From IMG/VR virus record IMGVR_UViG_3300036766_000185, positions 32,182-96,181 of that record: a stretch of 64,000 nt of DNA; one strand, written 5' to 3'. The notes below the pieces were generated by a model, which was given only the letters and a program-made list of their open reading frames with translations, did not search any database and was not told where the DNA came from. Numbering within the stretch: the first letter of the stretch is position 1; each line of letters starts with the position of its first letter. Positions 48,420-59,003 of the stretch are shown piece by piece. A program made the translations under genes and the position numbers. This DNA is from a virus.

Positions 48420-49250
48420 TTACGTCTTGCAAGCTTCTACTTTTAGCACAGTAGCCCCGCCAGCCTTTCGTCCGTGATACACTTTGCTAGTCCCTTGCGA
48501 TTTATCTAAAAATAGAGAGGTTTGTGGCCCGAAGAAAATATTGTCGTTTGACTCGTTGTGAACGATCTCATTCATCAATATAGCCGCTCCGACGGAGAGC
48601 GGATGACGCAGATCTTCTATATGTACCGCTCTGATATGAGTTCTTCTAGGCAGAGTTGGAGAGTCCACTATACTATTGTTGGGGAGAGTAACAGTGGTCT
48701 TTGCAACTCCTGTTCGATCAATGTAAGCCTCTCCGCGGTTTACGTCGATCCATTCATTCTGAGGGTTTGAAGCTCCTCTAACTAGCAGATTAGGATTTTG
48801 TACTACGGGATTTCCGTCGTCATCAAGACTAAAGTATTCTTCTAAGTCGAGTCCCAAGACATTTAGCACCTTCTCAGTCGATTCTCTGAGTTCTACAATA
48901 TGTCTTCTAGAAATGTGTTTATCAGTGCTAATCGTGCTGAACGTAGTCTTTTGCTCGACGGTTAGTCCAGCGTCCTCTTCCTGTTGTTGTCGAGCCGTTT
49001 GTAGTTCCTCAATCTGAACAAATCGTCCGCGATCTGCATTTCCCGCGTAAGTTGCACCACTTAAACCTTTTTTCGTTATTATAGGATCATCTGTCCATCT
49101 GGGGATAGGATTCAAGTTATCGTCTGTTCCTTCTACTCCCTGAATACGACCCGCTGCAGTAGTGCTTGCAGTTCCGATCTGGCTATGACAGGTAGGGCAC
49201 AAAGTAGACATTTTAGTCTTGATAAGCAGCAAACGAGGTTCCTGCTGCAT
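48420..49250 (-). CDS. Putative tail protein
   Basis: Within the tail module; repeated (H)I.ELR/HIEDLR motif. Confidence 0.5.
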   Translation of the reverse strand: MQQEPRLLLIKTKMSTLCPTCHSQIGTASTTAAGRIQGVEGTDDNLNPIPRWTDDPIITKKGLSGATYAGNADRGRFVQIEELQTARQQQEEDAGLTVEQKTTFSTISTDKHISRRHIVELRESTEKVLNVLGLDLEEYFSLDDDGNPVVQNPNLLVRGASNPQNEWIDVNRGEAYIDRTGVAKTTVTLPNNSIVDSPTLPRRTHIRAVHIEDLRHPLSVGAAILMNEIVHNESNDNIFFGPQTSLFLDKSQGTSKVYHGRKAGGATVLKVEACKT

Positions 49251-50970
49251 TAATTCGCTTCTGAAACTCTTGCTGTCTTAGAGCCGTAACATTCTTATCA
49301 ATCTCTGCCTCTTGAAAGAACACCGTGGTTCGAAGAGCGGTTGAACGTTCGGTCTGTCTGCGTCTTTCCTCGGTTGGGACGGTGGCAACGATAGTAGCCA
49401 CAAACGGTTCGTTTGTTAGAGCAACTTGTGTAGTAAACCCATTGGTTAGATTGTGGACAACTCTCACCACATCGAGTTTTTGATCATTCACTATAACGGT
49501 GCTTTTTAGGTCTATAGTTTCATCTCCAATAACAATGATAGATCCACTAATATTCGGACGATTAAGTTTCGCAAATTCAGCATCTGCTCTTTGCTGCATC
49601 AATGCTAGCACCGCGGATTCATTGTTGAACGCTTCGCTTGGAATCTGATTTATTGAGATCTGATATTGAGTATCCGTAATAGTTCTCTTAACCGTTCCGC
49701 TCCCCTCGACAATAGTTGGTCTTGCTCCATCGTAGGTGTATTTTACTCTAACCGATCCTGGTGTCCAGTAGATATTTGTCAAAACCTCAACATGAATAAG
49801 CTCATCAGGCGCTGCGCCTACGACTCCGATTTTCTTCTTCAAAACGTCTCCTACTATTGTTCTTCTAGCATAAACTTTAGGCACTTCTGCTATAAACACT
49901 TTTGCTGTGTTCTTATTCTCGTATACAATGCTGCAACTCACCGGAGCTTGCACAGGGAACGAATCAGTCAATGTTCGTAGTGCTTTTTTGAATCCAACGT
50001 CATCTCCTGTCTGTGCGATTTCTTCGCTTGTGAAGAAAGTCTGAGGCCATACGGGAGGATGCCCACCAAATCCTATGATACCCATATCCTCCGGAAGAAC
50101 TTGAATATCTCCATTTTCGTCGTAGGTGGGGCGATCTCTATGAGTTCCCTCAACCTGCACATCGCGAACGTTCTCGGCATTAATAGTAAAGAACTTTCTC
50201 AATAGCCCCGTGCTGGCGTCTACTTCTTCATTAAGAAACTGTGGAAGACCAATTTCCTGTTGAACTCTGATTGCTCGTGGGGGCCCAACTAGTGTAAGTT
50301 GATCGACTACATCTTCTCTGTTCTCGGTTATATCTAGTTCTATGACGTTTGCACCCTTAACAAATTTTCTGGTTGTATCCCCACCCTGCCCAAAGATGTA
50401 CAACTCTAACAGATTTGTAGACTGATTAAAATACACCTTAAAGTTTCCCAGTTTTCCGACGATGGTTTCAGTTGCACTCAATAGAGTTTGATCGGTTAAG
50501 TAGACCGACCCAGGAAATTGCACAGGAGTTCCACTGGGAATGAATCCGAGAAGAGTCTGCAATAGAGCATCGGCATTAACTTTTGGAGAGATCTCGCCGT
50601 CTTTGTCTCTGTCCACGTTCCAGATATCTTTGTCGATTGGAACCACGCTTTCTCGGAATTGCGTGATATTCGATATCACAGTAAAAGTTTTTGTCAGCCC
50701 CGCTTGACTGATTCTAGAAGTAATTCCCTTAATTTTGCCTAACAACACGCTTCGTCCGTTAATTTTGATCTCTACGTTATCGTTGTAGACAGGAAAATCA
50801 AGCGAGTCGGGATCTCTTTGAATTACAAAAATAGCATTAGAAACTTCGGACCCGTATCCCAATTCTACGGTAGCCAGAATGGCCGTAGCGTCTGATGATC
50901 CATTGATTTTCACCTCCCAAGTGGGAGTGGTAAATTTCGATTGCGTTGTATCTATTGTGGGAGTTGGCAT
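49213..50970 (-). CDS. Tail hub / late-control-D-like protein
   Basis: Position and size; C-terminal VVRVVHNL.NGFTTQVAL hub-type motif. Confidence 0.55.
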   Translation of the reverse strand: MPTPTIDTTQSKFTTPTWEVKINGSSDATAILATVELGYGSEVSNAIFVIQRDPDSLDFPVYNDNVEIKINGRSVLLGKIKGITSRISQAGLTKTFTVISNITQFRESVVPIDKDIWNVDRDKDGEISPKVNADALLQTLLGFIPSGTPVQFPGSVYLTDQTLLSATETIVGKLGNFKVYFNQSTNLLELYIFGQGGDTTRKFVKGANVIELDITENREDVVDQLTLVGPPRAIRVQQEIGLPQFLNEEVDASTGLLRKFFTINAENVRDVQVEGTHRDRPTYDENGDIQVLPEDMGIIGFGGHPPVWPQTFFTSEEIAQTGDDVGFKKALRTLTDSFPVQAPVSCSIVYENKNTAKVFIAEVPKVYARRTIVGDVLKKKIGVVGAAPDELIHVEVLTNIYWTPGSVRVKYTYDGARPTIVEGSGTVKRTITDTQYQISINQIPSEAFNNESAVLALMQQRADAEFAKLNRPNISGSIIVIGDETIDLKSTVIVNDQKLDVVRVVHNLTNGFTTQVALTNEPFVATIVATVPTEERRRQTERSTALRTTVFFQEAEIDKNVTALRQQEFQKRINAAGTSFAAYQD

Positions 50971-50971
50971 A

Positions 50972-51340
50972 TTAAATTATCTCGGTATCAGCAGCGACAG
51001 TTTGTGTAGTCGTAGCCGCGATATTTGAATTTGCGCTCTCGTCTCCCTGACCATTGACACCGCGCAGTAAGAAATCATAGGCAATATATATGTCTAATCC
51101 GCCAAGATCATATTGCGTTGACGAATTTGGAAGCGGGTCGGGATTAGCGAGGATAAACGTTATGTCGCTGGACTTTTTGAAATAAGCATTATAGAAGGGA
51201 CCTCCACCGCTCCAAGTTAGTCTAATAACATCACCCAGCGTTAAGTCGATAGCAGACAATAGTACGGGCGCGGTTGGAACGGCTTGCTCTACCACGTCAG
51301 TTGAGATTTTATCAGAAGTTCCTGATTTTATCACTATCAT
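50972..51340 (-). CDS. Fibronectin type III domain virion protein
   Basis: PTAP...IRLTW...YNAY...GL....YDFLLRGVN..GDESANSN. Confidence 0.75.
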   Translation of the reverse strand: MIVIKSGTSDKISTDVVEQAVPTAPVLLSAIDLTLGDVIRLTWSGGGPFYNAYFKKSSDITFILANPDPLPNSSTQYDLGGLDIYIAYDFLLRGVNGQGDESANSNIAATTTQTVAADTEII

Positions 51341-53910
51341 TTCACAACAATATCCTTAGTTCTTCTAGTAGAGACTATTTCGATCTCAGAGTCTAGAGTC
51401 TCCGTGTGCACCAGCGAGATTACGGTATCAGAAAATAAAAACTTCAGCGGGTTCTCTCCTATAACTGTATCGGAGTCAATAGTCTGTGTGGTCTCAGTAG
51501 CGATCAGTTCGGTGATGGGATAGAATAACACAGTCTTGTGATCGTCACCGGACGTAGCTGTTCGACTCTCAACTACGTATAGATTTCCCGTAATCGGAGC
51601 GAACTCTTGCACATCGTTGTTCTGCGTAATGCTTTCTCTAGCGAAAGGGGATAGTCCTTGCCAGATCGAATCTCCTAGTGTCAGTTTTATTACGCTTCCA
51701 AAGAGTCCAATAAGCGAATTTGGAGAAACCCACGCTATTGCGGAGTAGAGATGCCCATTAAGATCTCGTCCTAGGCCGATAGGGTTTGGTCTAACAGTAG
51801 TGCTCACCGAATCATCATAGATAACGAGTTCAGTCATTGACGGGATGCCACTATCGATGATTCCGTGCCACAGAGTTGTAACATCTTCACCACTTGCAGA
51901 TTTATAGGTATACCAAAGCAGATCGATGCGATGATCGGGATCGTTATGATCTACTGAAATTGTATTGGGTGTAAAGGCTACTTGATCTAAGTCCGGATGA
52001 AGAAATGAGGAAAAATCTGGGGATGCCCATGTCCAAGTGCTCGGCCCACTGAATGCTGCTGTTATATATACGGGAACATCTGTTGTCTCAACATTATGCG
52101 GAGCATTTACAACAACGTGCAGATTATTATCGAAGTCGTAATCCGCACAAATAACTTCCTCTCCGTCATAGAAGTCTATTGAGACCTCGACTGCAGCAAC
52201 TGTCCAACTAACTCCCTTGTCTAGGCTATACGCATGATAGAGCGCCAGGTCTGTCTCATTCTTGGCAAATACATGAAGATTCTCGTCTCGATCTAGCATA
52301 ATCGTAGGGTAACGAAGATTTTTCCCTATAACCGATAGCGACGCGCTATCTACTGACTGCCACGTACCGGATATTTTGCGTCTGAAATACAAAGCTGAAG
52401 TTCCAGTGTTGGCTGACCAGACGGTGTACACGTCATCGTCGGAGTCTACCGCCACAGAAGAACAGAATCTACGAGACGCGGGAGCTTCAAGAGTAAAATA
52501 GCTGTTCGATGCTCCACCGTCTCCATCTGTCCATGTCAAGCCTCTATCTGTAGAAGTATGATAACGAACTTCAAACGGCGATGCAGTTTGACGTGTAATC
52601 AAATGAAAGGTATCTATATCGGTCCGTAATAAAGGCCGCTGCGCGAAAAGAGGGACCCCTCCAGCTACTACGGTCGAGTTTCTATGCACAATGTTGAATG
52701 TTGGCTTAAATTTTGTGAACTTTAAAGTACCCTCATCGTTTCCTGTGTCAGTATCGTCTATGAAGACCGCAGGGATATAACCATCAGCAACATCAGAAAA
52801 TCTGGCCACACTTGGAAAGCTGGTTCCTAGGTTTTCGTTTTCTCCATATAAGTCGTAAAGATCAACGTTGGCGACATTTACAGAAGTCTGTGTAGAATGA
52901 AAAGCTTCGACGTTGGCTGAATCGTCTTCTACTATAAAACCACCACCAAAAATAGCTGCAGAGTTTCTATAAATATCGAAAGCAACAACAAAATTTCCTT
53001 CTGACGTATATCCCAACTGGGGATGTGTAAATGCTGTACTAGTAGTGGCTGTAAATAGAGCATTCTTCTGACTTGACCAGCTTCCAGTCGCCCCAGGGCG
53101 CTTTGCCCAGCGTAGCCGTCTCCCGCTAGTACCACTAAACACAACTTCCCAAATGGCTACTACGTCATCGTCGTTGCGATCTACAAGAATATCTGGTTCT
53201 CTCTGAGCGAACCCATCACTTAGACTGGTCGTATCTTCTGATCCCCAGGTCCAAGTTCCCATACTTAGAGTTGCTTTTGCGTAGCTTGCTCTATTGGTAG
53301 AGTTTTTGATCCATATAAGATGAAGATTGTTACTTGAATCTGCGTCTATCCCTACCCGCCAGGGATTTGTACTGACTCCTGTAAATAGACTTCCATTCAC
53401 GGTCCACGTAGAGCCGCCGTCCGTAGAGTACGCCCAATAAACTGCGTTGTCTGTTGTATTTAACCCTGCGATATGCAGCGAATCATCTGGAGCGACTATA
53501 ATATTGGGAATATGAATGTTTTTACTTGCTACAACTAGAGACGTAGTATCAATTGAACTCCATGTTCCATTTGATGCACGAGTTCGATAGTAGAGACTGT
53601 TTGGCGATGAGGAAATGTCTTTCCAAACGACATGAACCGTATCACTAGAATCAATAGCGATAGCGGGAGTCAGACTATCTCGCCCCGCGTCTGAGACTGT
53701 ATGATATGTCCCTGATCCGCCGCCGTCGCCATCTGTCCACGTGGCCCCATCATCGGTTGATTGTGCATAACGTACAACATAATTTGGATCATTATTCGTT
53801 CTCCAAATAACATGAATAATGCTACTCTGTTTCACAATCACCCGCCCACCGTAGGCACGGCTTGAGTCAGAAACTAAGTTATTATCAGATATAGTTACGT
53901 GTGTGGGCAT
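51337..53910 (-). CDS. BNR/Asp-box beta-propeller protein (two copies), putative receptor-binding protein
   Basis: Asp-boxes STDDGATW, STDGGSTW, STDRGLTW, SLDKGVSW; internal duplication. Confidence 0.75.
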   Translation of the reverse strand: MPTHVTISDNNLVSDSSRAYGGRVIVKQSSIIHVIWRTNNDPNYVVRYAQSTDDGATWTDGDGGGSGTYHTVSDAGRDSLTPAIAIDSSDTVHVVWKDISSSPNSLYYRTRASNGTWSSIDTTSLVVASKNIHIPNIIVAPDDSLHIAGLNTTDNAVYWAYSTDGGSTWTVNGSLFTGVSTNPWRVGIDADSSNNLHLIWIKNSTNRASYAKATLSMGTWTWGSEDTTSLSDGFAQREPDILVDRNDDDVVAIWEVVFSGTSGRRLRWAKRPGATGSWSSQKNALFTATTSTAFTHPQLGYTSEGNFVVAFDIYRNSAAIFGGGFIVEDDSANVEAFHSTQTSVNVANVDLYDLYGENENLGTSFPSVARFSDVADGYIPAVFIDDTDTGNDEGTLKFTKFKPTFNIVHRNSTVVAGGVPLFAQRPLLRTDIDTFHLITRQTASPFEVRYHTSTDRGLTWTDGDGGASNSYFTLEAPASRRFCSSVAVDSDDDVYTVWSANTGTSALYFRRKISGTWQSVDSASLSVIGKNLRYPTIMLDRDENLHVFAKNETDLALYHAYSLDKGVSWTVAAVEVSIDFYDGEEVICADYDFDNNLHVVVNAPHNVETTDVPVYITAAFSGPSTWTWASPDFSSFLHPDLDQVAFTPNTISVDHNDPDHRIDLLWYTYKSASGEDVTTLWHGIIDSGIPSMTELVIYDDSVSTTVRPNPIGLGRDLNGHLYSAIAWVSPNSLIGLFGSVIKLTLGDSIWQGLSPFARESITQNNDVQEFAPITGNLYVVESRTATSGDDHKTVLFYPITELIATETTQTIDSDTVIGENPLKFLFSDTVISLVHTETLDSEIEIVSTRRTKDIVVK

Positions 53911-54350
53911 TAAACTAGATAGACCTCATCGTTGTCGGTAATTTGAATCATTCTCTTAACATTCTTTTCATTTTTGTCTGTATACTGGTATCCCAGAAAA
54001 TATTTGATATCAGTATCATTCATTTCAAAGCTACTTCCAGCCCAGGTCATGTTCTGCGTTACTCGTCTAAAATAGATAAGCCGGAATCGCTGAGTGTTGT
54101 CTCCAACGACCTCGCTCTCCGGCTGTACAATAAACCCAGGATTGAAAATATGAATGCGTCCACTTTCCAAATTGACTTGATAAACACGATCGGTCTTTGT
54201 GTTGACCAGACTGAAAACAATCAAATCGTCTTTTCTATCTAGCACCTCTTTAAAAAGATGCTCTTGTGTCTGTTGTTCATCATCAAACTGACGAACTATA
54301 TTAACAGAGTCTTTGTTCTTAAAGTAAGCGATCCAGATTAAGGATAACAT
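53910..54350 (-). CDS. Conserved phage protein in the tail module
   Basis: FRLIYFRRV...YFLGYQ motif. Confidence 0.55.
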   Translation of the reverse strand: MLSLIWIAYFKNKDSVNIVRQFDDEQQTQEHLFKEVLDRKDDLIVFSLVNTKTDRVYQVNLESGRIHIFNPGFIVQPESEVVGDNTQRFRLIYFRRVTQNMTWAGSSFEMNDTDIKYFLGYQYTDKNEKNVKRMIQITDNDEVYLV

Positions 54351-54435
54351 TGTATTGTTCCTTTATGTGTGCCAAAGGGATTGTATTCCCCTCGGCAATC
54401 CGTGTCCTAGTTCTTAAACGAGCATTGAATTGCCC

Positions 54436-54900
54436 TTACACCTCGTCATATTTTAGTGTAAACGTCTGTGTTGCAACCGCCCCTGGAGATGCTGCGACTG
54501 TCGTTTGAAGCTGCATCGTAATGTAGCCAGAAAAGGCTGGAGATGCACCTGGACTAGTAGGTACCAATGAAGTTCCTTCCGTAGTTGGAACATTAGCAGT
54601 AGCCACAATTGAAGCATCATCCGTGGGTTCTGCAAACGCCGTATTCACTTCTGCCTTGATGGTCACATTAGCAGGGAGAGATCCAGCTGACTTCCAGAAC
54701 TTGAGATTGTCGATGGTTGTGTATGTTCCACTGAAACGACCGCGATTCCACTTTTCAAAACTGTTATTTCCAGCAATCACGCGATTGTTCGGGGACGACA
54801 GATTCGGAGAATCCAAGTTCCCAAAGTTCACGTTTGAAATACCGTTCGTTACGGTTTCTGCTACACTATTTGACTCGGACCACTGAAACGTAGCTGCCAT
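54436..54900 (-). CDS. Putative minor structural protein
   Basis: T/S/A-rich beta protein, NSFEKW...F.YDE ending, GGAGGTG RBS. Confidence 0.55.
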   Translation of the reverse strand: MAATFQWSESNSVAETVTNGISNVNFGNLDSPNLSSPNNRVIAGNNSFEKWNRGRFSGTYTTIDNLKFWKSAGSLPANVTIKAEVNTAFAEPTDDASIVATANVPTTEGTSLVPTSPGASPAFSGYITMQLQTTVAASPGAVATQTFTLKYDEV

Positions 54901-54917
54901 TCTCTTTCACCTCCTCT

Positions 54918-55346
54918 TTATTTTGACGTCGCATAACGGCGTCTATTACTAACATTTTTTAAAAACAGGTACAACTTCTCTTGCGATTCTTTGTCTAGAA
55001 TGACTTCCTCGTAACACCCTTTACGAACTCTAGTGAACATCTTCCACGCCTCTTTTAGCGCGGATAGAAATCCTCTAGCTTTGACTTCAACATCAAGATA
55101 GAGTTCATCGATCTCGTTGTCGTACCACACCTCTAGATGATGAGCGGAACACGAACATTCAATACAGAGTTTATCTAATGAATCGGTCTTTCCATAAATA
55201 GATTCTTCAATCTGTTTCATCTTTCCTCCACAATCTGGACATTTCTCTAACGGAGACGCGAGTAGCGTCATTCCCACAATTCCGAATGCGGTAGTGGCAG
55301 TCTTATGACAATCTTCACATTCGACTGAGTACGTGAAAAAGCTCAT
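54918..55346 (-). CDS. Zinc-ribbon hypothetical protein
   Basis: CEDC...CPDCGG...CSC..H. Confidence 0.55.
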   Translation of the reverse strand: MSFFTYSVECEDCHKTATTAFGIVGMTLLASPLEKCPDCGGKMKQIEESIYGKTDSLDKLCIECSCSAHHLEVWYDNEIDELYLDVEVKARGFLSALKEAWKMFTRVRKGCYEEVILDKESQEKLYLFLKNVSNRRRYATSK

Positions 55347-55348
55347 AT

Positions 55349-55507
55349 TTATTCCTCCGCGCCAGGTTCTTCAGTCTTAATTTTTTGGATCCCGCAATTG
55401 CATACAGCACATTTAGTCTTAGAGACCATGATCTCTATAGACTCTCTAGTTACGTCAGTCGTTGTGTTACAATGATCACACTTTATTTTGTAGAGTACGT
55501 TGTCCAT
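55349..55507 (-). CDS. Small zinc-ribbon protein (52 aa; below the ORF-track cutoff)
   Basis: MDNVLYKIKCDHCNTTTDVTRESIEIMVSKTKCAVCNCG..., exactly fills the gap between neighbours. Confidence 0.55.
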   Translation of the reverse strand: MDNVLYKIKCDHCNTTTDVTRESIEIMVSKTKCAVCNCGIQKIKTEEPGAEE

Positions 55508-56598
55508 TATTGTATGTAGGTGAATCTAAGTATGCATTTAACATCCTGCATCCCAGATGGTGAAGCGCTAGACGGGATTACTAAGCGAAAGTTTAATCGT
55601 TTCGCATTGTTACTGGGAAGAGAATTGTCAAACGTATGCGTAGTTAGCCCGCCAATTTGTGAATAGCCACCCTCTACGTCATCTTCTATGGTGTATGTGT
55701 AGTCTATCAGAACATCTCCCGTATCGGGAAGCGGGGTTCCTAGAGTTAAGACCCCAGACTGTGCGTTAATAGCTCCGCCGGTGAAATAATTTGTTCCCAC
55801 CTTATGAGGATCTGTAATTAGAAACACCCCATCGACAGAGGAGACACTGGGAGCGTGTCGAGCTTGAACATGGGTTGTATCTGTTGGCGTATCCTGCTCA
55901 GATACAACATCAACACCGTTAGAGATCGTTCCGTTAGACTGCACTCCAAACCACAACTGCTCAGCGATCTGCTTCCCAAACAACAGAATGTCGGGAGTAT
56001 AAGAAGCTTTTATTGTTTCACCATTTGAGGGAATCTTGCCCTGCAAATCGTCTCCAAAGATGATTTCTCCCGTTGTGGCATTGATTGTGTATACTTCTGC
56101 TGTGGGATCCTGACCAACAAAGGTGGAGACTCTACTCCATGGTGCATCGTTAACTTTTACGATAATTAGAGTGTCATCATCTATAATAGGAAAGAAGGCT
56201 ACTACAAAACTCTGACCCGCGCTACCATCGCTTGTTCCAACCTGATCATCGACGATATTAAACTTTTCTACGCTGACAGTAAGCTCTGTAGCATCGACAG
56301 ACTGTAAGGTCCCGTCTTTGTCATTAAAGAGAACAAACGGGTTGTCTGAATGGGTTACTGTAGTACCGGCTTCCACTGTGCCAAAACTAAGAGGATTTGA
56401 CTCTGTGCCAATCTCGGTTGACAAGTCTGATTCAGCAAATAGCTTAAGTTCCACCTCGCGAGCCAGAATATCACAGTCAGAGTCAATGGTCGGAGATGGA
56501 TTAAGTACCACAGTAGAGTTGGTTCCTATATTCTGAACCCCGCCCAGAGCTTTGATTGACGTGTTCGCAAGAATAGTCTTGGTCTGTGTAGTAGGCAT
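55507..56598 (-). CDS. Baseplate/tail-tip protein
   Basis: VGTSDGSAGQSF...WSRVSTF...IIFGDDLQGKIP...I.ASY motif. Confidence 0.55.
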   Translation of the reverse strand: MPTTQTKTILANTSIKALGGVQNIGTNSTVVLNPSPTIDSDCDILAREVELKLFAESDLSTEIGTESNPLSFGTVEAGTTVTHSDNPFVLFNDKDGTLQSVDATELTVSVEKFNIVDDQVGTSDGSAGQSFVVAFFPIIDDDTLIIVKVNDAPWSRVSTFVGQDPTAEVYTINATTGEIIFGDDLQGKIPSNGETIKASYTPDILLFGKQIAEQLWFGVQSNGTISNGVDVVSEQDTPTDTTHVQARHAPSVSSVDGVFLITDPHKVGTNYFTGGAINAQSGVLTLGTPLPDTGDVLIDYTYTIEDDVEGGYSQIGGLTTHTFDNSLPSNNAKRLNFRLVIPSSASPSGMQDVKCILRFTYIQ

Positions 56599-56599
56599 T

Positions 56600-57034
56600 T
56601 TAAGCCACGTTTTCGGTCGCGTTGCTAATCAAAATTTCAATCGAGTAATCTATAATCTGGCTATTCGTTTGATCGGCAAATACAATTGATCTGGGAACTC
56701 CAATGTAAAAAAGATGCTGACTTTCATCGGTTCCCAGATTAGATTCGATATGTAATTGACCTACTTCGGTTCCAATGCCTGCTATAAGAGCAATTCGTTT
56801 GGTGTCAAGAAAATCATAGCGTCCTGGGTCTGGTTCTACTAAGACTCCTCTAAGCACAATCGTGTTAGAATCTTTGCCCAACAATTGAACAAGGCTTCCC
56901 ATTGCAAGCGGAATTTTAAACTCCACGAGCTTCTGACCTGTTACGGGGCGCTCGATAGATGGGAGTGGGCTAAAAGAATACTCGGCCCCATCGCCAGCGA
57001 TTCCTTTTTTCCACGAGATATCGATGTTGCCCAT
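56600..57034 (-). CDS. Putative distal tail protein
   Basis: Directly downstream of the tape measure; about 145 aa. Confidence 0.45.
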   Translation of the reverse strand: MGNIDISWKKGIAGDGAEYSFSPLPSIERPVTGQKLVEFKIPLAMGSLVQLLGKDSNTIVLRGVLVEPDPGRYDFLDTKRIALIAGIGTEVGQLHIESNLGTDESQHLFYIGVPRSIVFADQTNSQIIDYSIEILISNATENVA

Positions 57035-57037
57035 CTA

Positions 57038-59002
57038 TTATGATCCTTCAGCGGCCCCAGTTTGAATGGTGTTAGTAACGGCCTCGCGTATGCTAAATCC
57101 AAATCTCCTCAAAGTAGTCTCTGTATCTTTTTGGATCTTAACTAAACTATCGTCATCCACCTTCAATATAAAGGTGGTCTGTAGGCGTAGCTTTCTCTGT
57201 AACTCGTCTGCTTGGCGAGCTAACTGATCTGATACGGTGGCAACTCCCACACCCAGCGTAGGTAGACGTTGTTCAATTGGGGCCAATGCTGTTGCAGCCG
57301 ATTTTTTAGCAGTTGCGATTCTGGCTTCGGCCTCTAGCTCTGCACGAACTCGTGCTTCAGCAGCCTCTTTAGAACTAATCTCGTTAGCAGACTGTTGTTT
57401 TTGAATTTCATCGAGTCTAGCAGTTAATGTGGCGTCGGCAGCGTCTTGCTCTAGTTTAACCTCTTGAAGAATTGCAGCGCGTCTCACAAGTAGCTCTTTT
57501 GAAGTGGCTTGATCAATATTAGCTACTCCTGGGACTGCAGATTTAAAAATGCTAAGTAGTTCCTCGGCTGCTTGCTGGCGACGCTTAGAATTGGCAATAT
57601 CAGCATCTGCCGCTGTCGTACTCAGTTGTAGATCGATATTCTCTCGCTCTAACAAAAGATCCTTCTCTTGGTCAGATCCTTTCTTCACAATAACCAATTC
57701 GGCATCAACCAATTGACGACGCTTAGCTAGAAATAGTAGCTCTGCGTTTAGCTTTCCTAGAGTTAACTGTTCGTGTTGCTTAATCAACTTTTCAGTATCA
57801 AGCTCCCCTAGCTTAACTTCTGCACTTCTGGCTTCTTGAAAATTACGAAGCTGTTCCCTTAGAATCGCACGATCAGCCAATAGTTGTTGTTTAAGACTAC
57901 TAGGAGCATTTGCAATTTCATGATTAAGCGCAGCTATCTCTTGTCTAAGTTTTTGAACTCCTTCTGAGGCATTTACGAAATTAGAATCTAGTTCTCCTCT
58001 AGCTCGTTTAATTGCATCTGCGAAATTCTTAGTAGATGCAGCAGCATCTGACTCTATTTCCTTAGTTATCTCTAATGCCTTTTGATAATCAAGATAGGCC
58101 TTTGTAGCTCCAGCAATACCAATTGAAACAATTCCAATAATGGGAGCTTGCGCAAGCAGCGCAGCACCAATCGCTGCCAATTGAGGACCTAATAGTGCTG
58201 CTGCGCCTGCCGCTCCTAACAGAGCGGTTGCAACGGTTCCAAAGGCTAGAGAACTAGCAACGGTAGTAGAATCAACAACTTTGAGACTATTAGCAACAGC
58301 CGTCAAGGCTGGGACGAACAGTTGTCCTAGGGTTTGCCCAGCGTTTGCTGATTTGTTGGCGATAATATCAAACGCTCCACCTAAGGTCTGTGCATCTCGC
58401 TGAGCGAAGCCTCTAAACTTCTCTCCCAGCTTATCTATAAGATTTCCTTGTTTTTCGAATTCTTTGATCTGTTCTCGCGTAAGGCCCGTAATTAACGAAA
58501 GCTGACGCACTGTTCCTTGTTGTGCACGACCAATTGCAAACGATGCCTGAGCAAGACTAACACCACTAGCAGCTGCAACGTCCTGCGCCACGGCTAGAAC
58601 ACGTGCTGCATCAGAAGAGCTTTTTGCCGTTCGCAAAATGGTGTTTACGGCTTGAAGCTGTTCGGTCTGAGAAAATCTGGTTGATTCTGATAGGGCTGTA
58701 GTTAAAGTTCTAAATCCCTCGGCGGTTTGTTTTCCGGCCTCTCCTAAAAGAGCAAATCGATTTCCTAGAGTCGTAAGGATACGCTCTTCTTCAATGGCTG
58801 CATCTGTGAACTGTTGAATCTGTCTAACTGCAAAGATACCAATCAAAGTCTGCCCTAGACTGGTGAGTGATGATCGTAAATCAATTGATTTGGTGTTTAT
58901 GTCTCTTAGCCCAGTAGAGAAGTCGCGGATTTGACTTCTAGCTGCGTCAAATCCACTTTTATCGAATTGAGAGGTTATTCTAAGAGATAGTTGGGAAGGC
59001 AT
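57038..59002 (-). CDS. Tail tape measure protein
   Basis: Ala/Gln/Leu-rich helical protein with a central hydrophobic segment, downstream of the chaperone pair. Confidence 0.85.
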   Translation of the reverse strand: MPSQLSLRITSQFDKSGFDAARSQIRDFSTGLRDINTKSIDLRSSLTSLGQTLIGIFAVRQIQQFTDAAIEEERILTTLGNRFALLGEAGKQTAEGFRTLTTALSESTRFSQTEQLQAVNTILRTAKSSSDAARVLAVAQDVAAASGVSLAQASFAIGRAQQGTVRQLSLITGLTREQIKEFEKQGNLIDKLGEKFRGFAQRDAQTLGGAFDIIANKSANAGQTLGQLFVPALTAVANSLKVVDSTTVASSLAFGTVATALLGAAGAAALLGPQLAAIGAALLAQAPIIGIVSIGIAGATKAYLDYQKALEITKEIESDAAASTKNFADAIKRARGELDSNFVNASEGVQKLRQEIAALNHEIANAPSSLKQQLLADRAILREQLRNFQEARSAEVKLGELDTEKLIKQHEQLTLGKLNAELLFLAKRRQLVDAELVIVKKGSDQEKDLLLERENIDLQLSTTAADADIANSKRRQQAAEELLSIFKSAVPGVANIDQATSKELLVRRAAILQEVKLEQDAADATLTARLDEIQKQQSANEISSKEAAEARVRAELEAEARIATAKKSAATALAPIEQRLPTLGVGVATVSDQLARQADELQRKLRLQTTFILKVDDDSLVKIQKDTETTLRRFGFSIREAVTNTIQTGAAEGS

Positions 59003-59003
59003 T

